From Candidatus Dojkabacteria bacterium (GTDB taxonomy: Bacteria > Patescibacteriota > Dojkabacteria > JAOAGR01): a DNA stretch of 64,000 nt. The position numbers were made by a program, and so were the translations under genes. This document shows, piece by piece, positions 9,419 to 20,567 of this stretch (the stretch's first letter is position 1; each line of letters begins with the position of its first letter). Below the pieces are notes generated by a model. That model saw nothing but the letters and a program-made list of their open reading frames with translations, was not told the origin of the DNA and ran no database searches. The stretch is taken from the NCBI GenBank assembly GCA_026415655.1, contig JAOAGR010000002.1, positions 131,237-195,236 on the forward strand, read 5' to 3'.

Positions 9419-11548
9419 ATGTATAAACTTGTTACTTTTTCTGTGGCTTTATTTGTTGTTTTTGCTACATTATATTTGAATCTTCCAAAGTTAAAAGTAT
9501 TATCACAAGAAAATAGCAATCTAAAAAGAATCTCTATAATAGAAATCAATTGGGCAGGCAGTAAAAAATCATCAAATGATGAATGGATAGTTCTTAAAAA
9601 TCTTACTGATGAAGATATAGACCTTACAGGATATAAAATTTTTGGAGTACGTCGTGGTGGGGGATATTTTGAATTGACAGGTGTCATAAGGGCGAATGAT
9701 ATATTTGTTGTTAGTAGATTTAATCAGGGTGATCCTAATACTGTAATGAGTGTAAATTCTAATTTCGTCAGCTCTTCTTTTTCTATTTCCAATGCCGCTT
9801 TAAACATAAAATTAGAAGATCCCAACGGCCAGATTGTGGATAGTGTAATAACTACGACAAAACCCAGAGTAGGGGATAATTCTTCTACTCCCGGTACGTA
9901 TTTTGCCATGAGTAGGATTAATCCATCTAACGATGGAGATGATCTAAATAATTGGCGTAATGCTGATAAAGTTTATGTTGTGAATATAGTTGAGGGGGAT
10001 GCTTGTAAAAATTATATTGGCTATTCTGAACTTATTGGCAAAGAATTTATTGATCCAGCCGATTTGTGCGAAGGAAATACTCTAACTCCAAACGAAGTAA
10101 TAAATTTAGAATTTTATACAACAGCTAATAGCCTAGAAATTCAAATCAACGGAAATACGTTGAATCATGATAATATAACAAATTTGCTTAGTGTGACAGT
10201 CAATAGTGTGGTTGGCAGTACGAATATTGCTGATGGTATAGACTATGTGAATGGAAGATATTTATCAGAAAATGCCAATGTCTTTGTATATCGTTTCAAC
10301 GACTATACAGGATCTGCATACTATAAGGTTTCTACTCAAATCAAAAATATCAGTAATTTCGAATATTTAATAGACAAATTGGATTTCTTTGTGGAAACAA
10401 ACGTAATTAATCAAAGACTTATAATAAATAAATTTAATATACATGACAATATCAACTATGTAAATAATCTGTTTAGTTTTGTGGGAAATGACGAATATAT
10501 TGAATCTATAACGCCAATCAACCGACTGATAAAAGATCAAAATTTAATTATTTATATCGACAATCTAAATCTAGAAAACTACAATTCGGGTTTTATAGAA
10601 ATTGGTAATCAAAGGATTCCATTAGTTCGGTTCCTAAATAACAATAGAGTGATATTGAATAACGTCAGTACAAATAAGCTAATTTTAGATATAAAACAGG
10701 ATGAATTAGTAAGTTTTAGTTCTATAAATATTGAATTAGTAGATCCAAATTATATCGGTGATTTACCTCTGGATATAAGTGAATACATAAATTCAGAGGT
10801 CACTACAGAAATTATTAACAACACCATTAAGTTTACGAATGAAAGTTATTCTCATATTTTAACCTTAGAAAAAAATAAAGTTTGTGATAGTTATTTCGTA
10901 AATATTTGTAATATCAGTTTAGTATTTAGGTTGGAAGAGAACACCATATCATCCGATCAAAATGTCCTGAAAATAAAGTATGGTAGAACCGATCATAGGG
11001 TGTTTAATGAAAAAATATTAAAATATAATGATTTTAATCAAAATCAGGTAGAAATCAGATTTTCGTTTACAGAAAATATAGATAAATTGCAAATCTATTC
11101 TTATAAGCCGGTTTATTTAATACAGTATCGTAAATTTTTATCAAATGAACTTAATAACATCTTCGAAACTGATTTGGAATCTGTGGAGATGTTAAACATA
11201 ACGCGTAATTATGAAAATTTTACTAATGAGATGAAATGTCAACCTGTTTATTTTGATATGTTATATTTAGCTCCAAACTCTTCTTATAAAATATCTATGA
11301 ATATAAATGGATTATCAAAATATAGAAATTATAGTTTAGTTAAGTTATATTTATTTGATCATCAAGGTAAAGTAATATTAGATGAAAAAATTACAGAAGG
11401 CGAACTAAGGGAGGGAAAACATGACATAGGACCGGTTCTGATTGATAGTAATTTGAGACCTTATATTTATTTAGCACAAATTTGTGATTATTCTAGTCAA
11501 AACCAACCTTATTGGAATAATATAGAAATTCAGTTTACAAAAAAATGA
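9419..11548 (+). CDS. Large secreted/membrane-anchored protein with an N-terminal lamin-tail-domain (LTD)-like region
   Basis: N-terminal TM helix, then ISIIEINWAGSKKSSNDEWIVLKNLTDEDIDLTGYKI, which resembles the LTD core (EINYNP...EWIELYN...DLSGW). The remaining ~550 aa have no recognisable domain. Confidence 0.55.
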   Translation: MYKLVTFSVALFVVFATLYLNLPKLKVLSQENSNLKRISIIEINWAGSKKSSNDEWIVLKNLTDEDIDLTGYKIFGVRRGGGYFELTGVIRANDIFVVSRFNQGDPNTVMSVNSNFVSSSFSISNAALNIKLEDPNGQIVDSVITTTKPRVGDNSSTPGTYFAMSRINPSNDGDDLNNWRNADKVYVVNIVEGDACKNYIGYSELIGKEFIDPADLCEGNTLTPNEVINLEFYTTANSLEIQINGNTLNHDNITNLLSVTVNSVVGSTNIADGIDYVNGRYLSENANVFVYRFNDYTGSAYYKVSTQIKNISNFEYLIDKLDFFVETNVINQRLIINKFNIHDNINYVNNLFSFVGNDEYIESITPINRLIKDQNLIIYIDNLNLENYNSGFIEIGNQRIPLVRFLNNNRVILNNVSTNKLILDIKQDELVSFSSINIELVDPNYIGDLPLDISEYINSEVTTEIINNTIKFTNESYSHILTLEKNKVCDSYFVNICNISLVFRLEENTISSDQNVLKIKYGRTDHRVFNEKILKYNDFNQNQVEIRFSFTENIDKLQIYSYKPVYLIQYRKFLSNELNNIFETDLESVEMLNITRNYENFTNEMKCQPVYFDMLYLAPNSSYKISMNINGLSKYRNYSLVKLYLFDHQGKVILDEKITEGELREGKHDIGPVLIDSNLRPYIYLAQICDYSSQNQPYWNNIEIQFTKK

Positions 11549-11571
11549 CTTTTATTGTATTATTGTCTTGT

Positions 11572-11647
11572 GCGAGTGTAGTTCAGTTGGTAGAACGTCT
11601 CCTTGCCAAGGAGAAGGCCGGCGGTTCGAGTCCGCTCACTCGCTCCA
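11572..11647 (+). tRNA. tRNA-Gly (GCC), CCA encoded
   Basis: Cloverleaf by eye: acceptor gcgagtg/cactcgc, anticodon stem ctcct/aggag with loop ttGCCaa, T-arm ggcgg-ttcgagt-ccgct, discriminator U + CCA. Confidence 0.85.
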
Positions 11648-11886
11648 TTAAATACTTATCTTTCTCAAAATTTTATTCGTATTAGTATCTGAATTTTTTG
11701 GATTTTGATATCCAAAAGCAATAGCAAGTATTTATAATTTAGATTCAAGTTTTTACTACAATGTCAACCATCTTAGGGTAAATAGTAAATAATAGGTGAA
11801 GATTTTTAATAATCACACAATAAACTTGCAAAAAATTTCCTTTGTCAAAAGATTCTTGCCAGAGTTATAGATTAGTAGATTTGTAT

Positions 11887-12969
11887 TCATAATATACTTT
11901 GGGGCTCTAGATCGTATACAGTATTTTTAATTTTTCTGTATACAGTAATATATGCTTCCTTACCTAGTATTTCTAATTTAAATTTTCTTGTGAGTTGCCA
12001 TCCTGGTATTTTGAGAATTTTGGGATAGAGTAGAGTAATCATTTGTAAATTCGGGATATTATTAATTTTTTCAATAAGTTTTTCTTCAAAGTTCTCTGGT
12101 TGTAGATGCTTATCACCAAATGGTGGATTGGTAATAATTTTTTTTGTATAGCGTTTTGATGAAAAAAAATCTTCTGATCGTATGGATATTTTAGATTTAA
12201 GCTTTTCGTATATATGTATCTGTTTTAAATTACTTTTTGTTTTTTCTATAGCACTTTCATCTATATCACCAATTAACAGCTTCTTAAATTTGAAATGTAA
12301 TAAAATTTCGCAGGGGATCGTACCAGCACCTGCAAATGGATCCCATATTGTGTCTGTAGATCTAATATCACTTACATATGCCATAGCAAACGCAACTGAT
12401 GGACGGACTGAACCTAATATATTTTCGTGTTTATAAAATCTATGTCTCTTAGTCTTGTCAGTAAGTCTAAGAGTGATTATGAGTCTGTTTTTTACTAAAG
12501 TTATCCAAATTTCTTTATTATTTTCATCATCATTTATTTTTATTTTCGGTAATTTAGAATGAAAAAAGTTTTTGAGGCTTTCCTCTAAATCTATACGTCT
12601 AAAGTTATGGGGACTCCTTTTCCTTGTAATTATGCGAAAATTTAGAGATTTATCTGTAAAAATATTTTGGTCTAATATGAATTTTAAGTGACTAGCTATT
12701 TTTTCTTTATCAATTTTCTTAATTACATCTTTTAGTGAAAAATATTTACTAACATCTTTTATGTATTCAAGTACAAAAAATGCATCTTCTATTGAATTTA
12801 ATTCATCCCAGAATTTTTGAAATTTATCCCTCCAATCAATAATCAGAAGACCATTTCTTCTTGGTATATAACCTGATTGATCAAGTGAAAAGGATTTTTT
12901 ATATTTTTCTTCTAATTCTAACTTTGTAATTTTTTCAATTCCAATCTGGGTTTGTAATAAAAATTTCAT
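11887..12969 (-). CDS. THUMP-domain RNA (guanine-N2) methyltransferase, class I SAM-dependent (RlmL/Trm14/TrmN-like)
   Basis: N-terminal THUMP-like region, SAM-binding DPFAGAGTIPCE (motif I) and catalytic NPPFG (motif IV). Confidence 0.7.
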   Translation of the reverse strand: MKFLLQTQIGIEKITKLELEEKYKKSFSLDQSGYIPRRNGLLIIDWRDKFQKFWDELNSIEDAFFVLEYIKDVSKYFSLKDVIKKIDKEKIASHLKFILDQNIFTDKSLNFRIITRKRSPHNFRRIDLEESLKNFFHSKLPKIKINDDENNKEIWITLVKNRLIITLRLTDKTKRHRFYKHENILGSVRPSVAFAMAYVSDIRSTDTIWDPFAGAGTIPCEILLHFKFKKLLIGDIDESAIEKTKSNLKQIHIYEKLKSKISIRSEDFFSSKRYTKKIITNPPFGDKHLQPENFEEKLIEKINNIPNLQMITLLYPKILKIPGWQLTRKFKLEILGKEAYITVYRKIKNTVYDLEPQSIL

Positions 12970-14759
12970 TATAGTTTATTTTCATATTCATGTAGCATAC
13001 GACTAGCTATCTCATCCAATGTCATAAGACCAATATTGAGACCAGATCTAGTGCGAACAGATACTGCTTTACTCTCTGATTCCTTGTCACCAACTATAAA
13101 CATATATGGGATCTTTTGTTCCTGGGCTTTTCTTATTTTATTATTCATTGACTCATTGTCTACGTCTGCTTGTATTCTCAAACCTTTAGATTTTAAATAA
13201 TTTGCTACCTCTAGTGCATATTCGCTATGTTTTTCATTAGATACTGGAATAACCACACCCTGTATATACGAAAGCCATAAAGGAAAGTTTCCACCGACGT
13301 GTTCAATGTATACTGATAAAAATCTTTCTATAGAACCAAGAAGAGCTTTATGTATCATAACGGGAGTTTTTTCTTTTCCATCAGCATCAACATAAGAGAG
13401 TCCAAATCTAGATGGTTGTACAAAATCTAACTGTTGAGTTGCACATTGCCATTCTCGGCCTAAAGAATCTGTAACCATTATATCTATTTTCGGTCCATAA
13501 AACGCGGCTTCGCCAAGTGCAATAAAATAATCTAAACCAAGATTTTTAGCGACATTTTCTATCATCATTTCAGCGTTACGCCATGTTTCTTTATCTCCAA
13601 GATATTTATCTGGATTTTCAGGATCGTGGAATGAAAGCCTTGCTCTAAATGACATTCCCAGAGTCTGATATAATTTTTTTATCATCTGCATAATGTTGTT
13701 TATTTCATACTCGATCTGATCTACTCTACAAAACACGTGTCCGTCATCTTGAGTGAGAGATCTAACTCTTGATAATCCATGTAATTCACCAGCTTTTTCG
13801 TCACGATATACAGTTGTTGTCTCACAGTATCTTATTGGTAGTTCTCTATAACTGCGTATACGTGATGCGTATATCTGAGCATGATGTGGACAGTTCATCG
13901 GCTTTAACGCCATCTCAGTCTCTGTTTCTCTGCTTTGGACTATCATAAGCTCATGGCCAAATTTATCCCAATGTCCAGATGTTTTATAAAGATCTACTTT
14001 TGTAATATGAGGTATCCAAACCATTTCGAATCCCCCCTCCAGTTGTAGTTGTTCAGAATATCTTGCTAATTGATTTCTCAAATAAGTACCGCGTGGGGTA
14101 AAAAGTGGTAATCCCGGCCCAACAAGATCGGAAAAAGTGAATAGATCTAATTGTTTCCCTAATTTTCTATGATCTCGTTTTTTTGCTTCTTCTAATTTAT
14201 TTAGATAATCGTCTAGTTCTTCTTTTGTATCAAACGCTACTCCGTATATTCTTTGTAACATTGGTCTTTTTTCATCACCACGCCAATAAGCGCCTGCTAT
14301 GCTTGTTAGTTTGAATGAATGAGGCTCTATAACAGAAGTATCATCTACATGGGGACCCTTACATAGATCTGTAAATTCTCCTACAGTGTAAAAAGAAACT
14401 TTCTCTGCACCTCCATTAGCTAGGTCATTGACTAGCTCTAATTTAAATTTCTGATCCATTTTTAATAGGTATTCGGTGGCTTCTTCTATTGTCATTTCAG
14501 ATCTCTCAAAAGGATAATTTCGAGCCAGCAATGATCTCATTTCTTCTTCTAGCCTTACTAGATCGTTCTCTGATATGGGCTTATCTAAAAGGAAATCATA
14601 ATAAAATCCATTTTCTATAACAGGCCCAATACCTAGTTTGACATTATCTCGTCCAAATATCCTGATAACTGCATAGGCTAATATATGAGAGAGTGAATGT
14701 CGTTTTTTGTATATAAGATCTTGGTTTGGGGTATTTTGGGGATTTTTGTTTTCTGACAT
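12969..14759 (-). CDS. thrS: Threonyl-tRNA synthetase (lacks the N-terminal TGS domain; editing domain present)
   Basis: Editing-domain HSLSH motif, class II catalytic core (HRKLGKQLDLF..., FRAR-type motif 2) and C-terminal anticodon-binding domain. Length 596 aa. Confidence 0.9.
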   Translation of the reverse strand: MSENKNPQNTPNQDLIYKKRHSLSHILAYAVIRIFGRDNVKLGIGPVIENGFYYDFLLDKPISENDLVRLEEEMRSLLARNYPFERSEMTIEEATEYLLKMDQKFKLELVNDLANGGAEKVSFYTVGEFTDLCKGPHVDDTSVIEPHSFKLTSIAGAYWRGDEKRPMLQRIYGVAFDTKEELDDYLNKLEEAKKRDHRKLGKQLDLFTFSDLVGPGLPLFTPRGTYLRNQLARYSEQLQLEGGFEMVWIPHITKVDLYKTSGHWDKFGHELMIVQSRETETEMALKPMNCPHHAQIYASRIRSYRELPIRYCETTTVYRDEKAGELHGLSRVRSLTQDDGHVFCRVDQIEYEINNIMQMIKKLYQTLGMSFRARLSFHDPENPDKYLGDKETWRNAEMMIENVAKNLGLDYFIALGEAAFYGPKIDIMVTDSLGREWQCATQQLDFVQPSRFGLSYVDADGKEKTPVMIHKALLGSIERFLSVYIEHVGGNFPLWLSYIQGVVIPVSNEKHSEYALEVANYLKSKGLRIQADVDNESMNNKIRKAQEQKIPYMFIVGDKESESKAVSVRTRSGLNIGLMTLDEIASRMLHEYENKL

Positions 14760-14862
14760 AGTTATTAAAAATTGTATATTTACATAAATATATAGTCAAA
14801 TTTATATGTCTTGAAGTTATTCGAAATAAATATATAATTCTGAGGTTAAATTTTAATAACTT

Positions 14863-17800
14863 ATGGAAAATTCTAATTTTAGTAGCAAGCTGGCAAAAAT
14901 TTTTGTTAGCAATTTGCGATTTACATTTATTACTCTCATATTAATTGTTTTATTAGGAGTATATGCACTATTAAATCTTGTACCTACAGGGTTTCCACAG
15001 CCTAGAATTAATTTGATCAGTATAACAGCCACTTATCCAGGTGCTAATACTAATGTTGTATTGAACAATGTTACAATTCCTTTAGAAAGCGTTGTAACCA
15101 AATATTATTCCGATATAGATACATATTCATCAACTATTAACAATGGATTTACAAACATAATAGTAACACCTAAGTTTGGTGTAAATGCTGAAGAATTAAT
15201 TGCTAAGATTGAAAATGATGTGGAACAGCTTAACTTACCAGATGCAGTGGATGTTAGGGTTTCTAAGCCTGAGTTTCCTTCTGTAGATTTTGTGATCGCG
15301 ATTTTTTCTGAGAATAGGGAAGGTCTTTACATAAAATATAAAGAGTTTTTAAGACAAGCTAGATCAATGCCTGAAACTGATTTAGTAACTCCACAGGTGG
15401 ATCTAAAACAAATAGTTGATATTAGATTAGACGAATCAAAATTGAATCAGTATAGGATTAATGCTAATGACATAAAACAAGCAATATCAAATTACAAATT
15501 TAATATTCCTATAGCTCAAAATGTAACTATTGATAATTCTCAAACATCTTTTATTTTAGACAGTTCGGATATAGAAAATTTGGATCAATTGGCGAATGTT
15601 GTCATACGAACACAAAATAATCAGTTAGTAAGATTAAATGAAATCAGTGATATTACATATAAATATGTTTTTACAAATAGTGAATTTGCAAGTCTTGCTT
15701 TTGATGATAATCCAACATATTTTGGCTTTGTTCAAGGTGGCAAAAATTTAACAAAAGAATCAATACTTTTAAATTATTTCGCGGCTGAAGGAAACTCCAT
15801 AGAAGATGTACAAAATAAGATATCAAATTTACTTAAAGATTTAGGTATATCGAAAGTAGATCAAAACGAAGATATTTCTAATCAGAAAATTTATTTTGAA
15901 ATTCCATATTCAGCAAGTACTGTTTCTAAAAAGCAGATTGATGAAGTTGTAAATGGTCTTTTGCAGGGTGCGATTCTGGTTTTTTTGGTGATGTTCGTTT
16001 TTGTTTCTTGGAGAGCGGCAATTATTGCAACTTTTGGTATACCGATAAGCTTGATTTTTGCTTTAATTTACATATTTTTCACAGGTGATGAGTTGAATAC
16101 GTTGGTACTATTCTCTTTAGTATTGGTTGTTGGGTTAGTTGTAGACCCGGCATTGGTTATGTTAGAAGTTTTGCAGAGAAAGTTAGATTCGGGATTGAGC
16201 AAATTACAAGTAGTCATAGAATCAATAAAAGAGGTCGGCGATGGTCTTCTGGCATCAACAATAACGAATATAATAGTTTTTGTTCCATTTGCTGTTGTTT
16301 CTGGTGTGCTTGGTCAGATCTTTGGTTATATTCCTAAAACAATAATACCAGCAATTGTTGGCTCTTATGTTGTTTCAGTAGTATTTCTAGCAATATTTGG
16401 TGGAATGTTTCTTGCTAAACGCAGAAAGAAACAAAATGAACAAGTTGAGGACGAAGAATATGCGGCAATATGGCCAATTTCTAAAAAAATCGAAGCAATA
16501 AATAAATTTATTTTAAATTATCATAACAAAATTAAGAATAAATTTTTGGCAGGTTTGATACAAATTACAATCGTAATAGCTTCTATCATTGTGCCTCTAG
16601 CAATCGTGGGATATCTTTTTGGAACCGGTCAACTTAGATCAACCCAATTTGCTCAAAATAAAACTGGATCAACATTGAATATACTTTTAGAAAAACGTTC
16701 GGATATATCACCTGCAGAAATAAATCAATTCACCAAGCAAACTATAGAATTTATAGTAAGTACTGGTTTATTTGATAATGTAACGCCATTTAGTACACAG
16801 ATGATCGCATCACTCAAAAAAGATTATCAAAATACTGCACTAGAAAAGGCTCAGGATCTGAGAGAACTTCTTGTAAATAAATTTGGTGACAAATATCTTG
16901 ATATAAATGTCGTAGTAGGTGGGGGAGCTAATACAACAAATAGTTATCAAGTTAATCTTGCAATAAGATCAGATGATAATCAAAAGTTAATCGAATCATC
17001 AAGAATATTTGCGGAAAATATAAGGAAAAATCTTTGTCAAGATAATAAAAGCTTATACTGGGATGAAAATTGTGATGAACAAAATAGAGTAATTGAAAAA
17101 GTAGACAATGGGATCGATGGAAGATTACAAAATCAGATAAAGATTACTCTTGATATACAAAAAATATTAGAAAATAATCTAAGTATACCTGGTACTCCAG
17201 TATTTAGTCTTGTATTATCACAGTTACAAAGTCAATTTCCCAAATCTCGAATTACTAGTGTTTCTAATTTAAATAATATTAATGAAACAAAGGTATATAC
17301 GACTATTAATTTGGACGCAGATGTAAATTTGAAAACATTGGATGATGTCAAGAATATAAACATTGTCTCTCCACAAGGTGCTGTTTTAAAGTTAAGTGAT
17401 ATCGCAAATATCGAATTATCACAAATAAATCAGACCATAACTCGTTTTGAGGGCAAAACAGCTAATCGTATTAAAATAAGGCTAAAAGAAGAATTTAGGT
17501 TAGATCAGGCTTATGCATCTAGAGTGGCAAACTTTATTTTTCAGACATATGCAAAAGATAATTATAAATTGACAAAAGAATTGGGACTAGCAAATGAAGC
17601 AATCTACATCGATCGATCCGGTGCTAGCGCAGAATTTGTCAGAGGATTTACCGAACTTTTGACGGCTTTTGCATTAAGTATATTTTTGATATACGCAGTT
17701 TTAGTTGTTCTTTTCAAATCATTTTCTATGCCTGTTGTAGTTATATTTACTATTCCACTTTCATTTATTGGTGCATTTTTAGGAATAAAATATTTTGTTG

Positions 17801-18171
17801 GTCCAGAATTCGGATTTTTGGAAATTATAGGGCTTATTATACTTGTTGGTATAGTTGTAAACGTAGCTATATACATGATTGACCTAGCAAATCAAAAAGT
17901 AAAAGAAAATGGATGGGATGATAAAAAAGCAATTATCTATGCTTCTGCTGTGAGATTTAGACCAATATTTCTTACCACATTTACATCCATTACATCATTG
18001 ATACCTTTGTATATTAATAGTGATTTTTACAAATCTATCTCAGCAGTCATCATTGGAGGCTTATTTACTTCTACTATCATATCTCTTTTTGTTGTACCTG
18101 TGTTATATGTTTTGATCAATAAGTTGCGTAAAAAAATTCACAGGATATTTCATAGGTTTTCTTTAAGTTAA
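14863..18171 (+). CDS. RND-superfamily transporter permease (AcrB-like, 12-TM with two large periplasmic loops)
   Basis: 1102 aa. N-terminal TM followed by ATYPGANTNVV (compare the AcrB ATYPGAS region). Two TM bundles (residues ~365-520 and ~910-1090), each preceded by a ~300 aa periplasmic domain. GLVVD in TM4 (proton-relay Asp). Confidence 0.8.
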   Translation: MENSNFSSKLAKIFVSNLRFTFITLILIVLLGVYALLNLVPTGFPQPRINLISITATYPGANTNVVLNNVTIPLESVVTKYYSDIDTYSSTINNGFTNIIVTPKFGVNAEELIAKIENDVEQLNLPDAVDVRVSKPEFPSVDFVIAIFSENREGLYIKYKEFLRQARSMPETDLVTPQVDLKQIVDIRLDESKLNQYRINANDIKQAISNYKFNIPIAQNVTIDNSQTSFILDSSDIENLDQLANVVIRTQNNQLVRLNEISDITYKYVFTNSEFASLAFDDNPTYFGFVQGGKNLTKESILLNYFAAEGNSIEDVQNKISNLLKDLGISKVDQNEDISNQKIYFEIPYSASTVSKKQIDEVVNGLLQGAILVFLVMFVFVSWRAAIIATFGIPISLIFALIYIFFTGDELNTLVLFSLVLVVGLVVDPALVMLEVLQRKLDSGLSKLQVVIESIKEVGDGLLASTITNIIVFVPFAVVSGVLGQIFGYIPKTIIPAIVGSYVVSVVFLAIFGGMFLAKRRKKQNEQVEDEEYAAIWPISKKIEAINKFILNYHNKIKNKFLAGLIQITIVIASIIVPLAIVGYLFGTGQLRSTQFAQNKTGSTLNILLEKRSDISPAEINQFTKQTIEFIVSTGLFDNVTPFSTQMIASLKKDYQNTALEKAQDLRELLVNKFGDKYLDINVVVGGGANTTNSYQVNLAIRSDDNQKLIESSRIFAENIRKNLCQDNKSLYWDENCDEQNRVIEKVDNGIDGRLQNQIKITLDIQKILENNLSIPGTPVFSLVLSQLQSQFPKSRITSVSNLNNINETKVYTTINLDADVNLKTLDDVKNINIVSPQGAVLKLSDIANIELSQINQTITRFEGKTANRIKIRLKEEFRLDQAYASRVANFIFQTYAKDNYKLTKELGLANEAIYIDRSGASAEFVRGFTELLTAFALSIFLIYAVLVVLFKSFSMPVVVIFTIPLSFIGAFLGIKYFVGPEFGFLEIIGLIILVGIVVNVAIYMIDLANQKVKENGWDDKKAIIYASAVRFRPIFLTTFTSITSLIPLYINSDFYKSISAVIIGGLFTSTIISLFVVPVLYVLINKLRKKIHRIFHRFSLS

Positions 18172-18585
18172 TTTAATTAGACAACGTAATAAAAAGTTTT
18201 TTGTATTTGTATTTTGAGACTTAAGCACAAATAGCGATGTTGTACATTATGTTAGGCAATCAACTCATGATATTATGGTTTACTTATAAATATATTTGCA
18301 TTTCAATTTCTAAAAGTAGACAATAAACTTGCATACGATATCAAAATAAATTAATTGTAATCATCATATTCGATCGTTTGATATTGTATTTGTATTTTTA
18401 TAAAACAGTATTGTGACGGAATTGTGAATAATTAGTAAAAAATGAACATGCTAAATTTAGTTAGAACACGGTAAAAAATGGATTATTATTTTATTACAAC
18501 AAAATACGACATTTTATTTCATTACTTCATAAGTCCGATTCAAGGCAAAAAATTGATTACTGAATTTGACGATTAAAGATCTATA

Positions 18586-19833
18586 TTATTCGTATCTTAA
18601 GGCATCAATCGGATTTAATTTGCTTGCTTTAATTGCTGGTAGCGTCCCGGCTAAAAATCCTATGATCATCATGAATGCATTAATTAGCAAAAGGAGTTGA
18701 ATATCAAAAACAAAAACTTGAAAGCCTTCTAGAGTTGTTTTGAATGTATTTACAAATAAAGAATTTAAACCATTACCTATTAGGATGCCCATAAAAATCC
18801 CCAATATACCACCCCATAATCCCAGTAAAATCGCTTCTATAGCGAATAATAAAAATATTTCAAAACTTGTCATACCAAGAGTTTTTAAGAGACCAATTTC
18901 ACGAGTTCTTTCGTATACACCCATTAGTATTGTATTTATGATGCCTATACTGCCAGCGATAATAACAATGAGAGCAAATGCATTCAAAATTAACTTTAGT
19001 ATATTTAGTACATTTCTAATTTCATTTACTGCTTCATCCCACGTTACTCCATTAAACCCTAGTTTTTTAAGCTCTTCTTTGGTATTTTTCATTGATTCTT
19101 CATCGTTTTTTTCAAGAATTCCAATAAGTTCAAAATTTCTTTTGTTATCACCATATAATTCCTCAGATAATTCTGTTATTTCTTGATAACTTAGTCTTGT
19201 TATACCTCCTGTCAATGAATTTATTAGGACACCTGAGATTTCATATTCTTTCTCAAAAATGTTGTTATCTTGTTTTTTATATCCGATTTTAATTTTTTTA
19301 CCTACAGCTTCTGATGCATTTGTAAAACCTAGAGGTGATAAATAATTGTAAGATAAAAGTATTTTGTCTTTTTCATCAGCTGAGGGAGTTTTGCCTGCAG
19401 CTAGAGGGATCTGTACCTCATCGATGATAGAACCTACAAGCTGTATTTCATATTTTTCGTTTGTGTTTTTATAAATATACTCTGGAAATAAATTATAAAG
19501 TTTATAGACTTTTTTGATATTTTTTATATTCTGAATTTTTTCTATATCTTCATCTAAAGTTTGTGATCTTGTTCTGTTGACTTTATTTTCAGGGTCGTAT
19601 TTTTTAACTTCAAGTGGATTGTTAGTAACCGTGATTGGTGTGATTCGTATTGTATTTTGTGAATTAATAGAATTCACCTGTGCGTTGACATAAGTTTGAA
19701 TCCCATCACTTAAAGCATTTGTTAAAGTCAATGTTAGAGTGCCTATCGATAAAGCCAATATCGTAAGGAAGCTTCGGAGTGGTGCTCTAAGCATGTTTTG
19801 TTGAGAAAGTTTTATTATATCTATTATTTTCAT
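18586..19833 (-). CDS. ABC transporter permease, MacB/FtsX family (periplasmic domain + 4 TM)
   Basis: N-terminal TM, ~230 aa extracytoplasmic domain, C-terminal FtsX-type 3-TM bundle ending ...LPAIKASKLNPIDALRYE. Overlaps the ATPase gene by 4 nt. Confidence 0.82.
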   Translation of the reverse strand: MKIIDIIKLSQQNMLRAPLRSFLTILALSIGTLTLTLTNALSDGIQTYVNAQVNSINSQNTIRITPITVTNNPLEVKKYDPENKVNRTRSQTLDEDIEKIQNIKNIKKVYKLYNLFPEYIYKNTNEKYEIQLVGSIIDEVQIPLAAGKTPSADEKDKILLSYNYLSPLGFTNASEAVGKKIKIGYKKQDNNIFEKEYEISGVLINSLTGGITRLSYQEITELSEELYGDNKRNFELIGILEKNDEESMKNTKEELKKLGFNGVTWDEAVNEIRNVLNILKLILNAFALIVIIAGSIGIINTILMGVYERTREIGLLKTLGMTSFEIFLLFAIEAILLGLWGGILGIFMGILIGNGLNSLFVNTFKTTLEGFQVFVFDIQLLLLINAFMMIIGFLAGTLPAIKASKLNPIDALRYE

Positions 19834-20516
19834 GATCTTTCGATTATTCCGTTTTTTATTTTTAATATAACATCACATTTATTTGCAATATCAAAATCAT
19901 GAGTGACAATAATAAGTATAGTTTTATGTTTTCTATGTAATTCAAAAAGTAGATTAATGATTTTTTCGCCGTTTTCAGAATCAAGGTTGCCTGTTGGTTC
20001 ATCGGCAAATATTATTTCGGGCTCTGTAATGAGCGCGCGAGCTATAGCAACGCGTTGTTTTTGTCCCCCAGACAAATTTATCGCTTTTTGATCCATCTGT
20101 TCTGTCAAATTCACTTCTTTTATTATTTTTCTAGATTTTTTATCAATTTCTTTATAAGATTCCCCCCTAATGATTAAAGGTAGCTCGATGTTTTCTTTTA
20201 CAGTCTTATTTGGCAAAAGAAAAAACTGTTGAAATATGAATCCAATTTTATGATTTCTTAACTGTGCACGTTTATTTTCAGGATATAAACCGATATTTTG
20301 ATTATTGTAAAAAATTTTACCTTCTGTCGGAGTATCTAAACCAGCCATGATATGCATAAGAGTAGATTTTCCAGAACCAGATTTACCGACAATCCCATAG
20401 GATTTACCTTTTTCAAAAGTGTAATTTATGTTTTTTAGTACTTGAATGGAGTTTTTACCATCTTTATAAGATTTATAGATATTAGTTAGTTTTATCATTG
20501 AGACATTATATAGCAT
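19830..20516 (-). CDS. ABC transporter ATP-binding protein (MacB/LolD-like)
   Basis: Walker [13 protein letters not shown] signature [15 protein letters not shown], Walker [14 protein letters not shown]-loop VTHD. Confidence 0.9.
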   Translation of the reverse strand: MLYNVSMIKLTNIYKSYKDGKNSIQVLKNINYTFEKGKSYGIVGKSGSGKSTLMHIMAGLDTPTEGKIFYNNQNIGLYPENKRAQLRNHKIGFIFQQFFLLPNKTVKENIELPLIIRGESYKEIDKKSRKIIKEVNLTEQMDQKAINLSGGQKQRVAIARALITEPEIIFADEPTGNLDSENGEKIINLLFELHRKHKTILIIVTHDFDIANKCDVILKIKNGIIERS

Positions 20517-20567
20517 TTATTCCATTCATACATTGACGGAATTTGCTTAAATAAGTAAGATTTTTAT

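Noticed and set aside
9388-9687. Minus-strand 99-aa ORF overlapping the start of the LTD protein gene
   Set aside because: Overlaps the promoter and 5' end of a better-supported gene on the other strand; low-complexity product.
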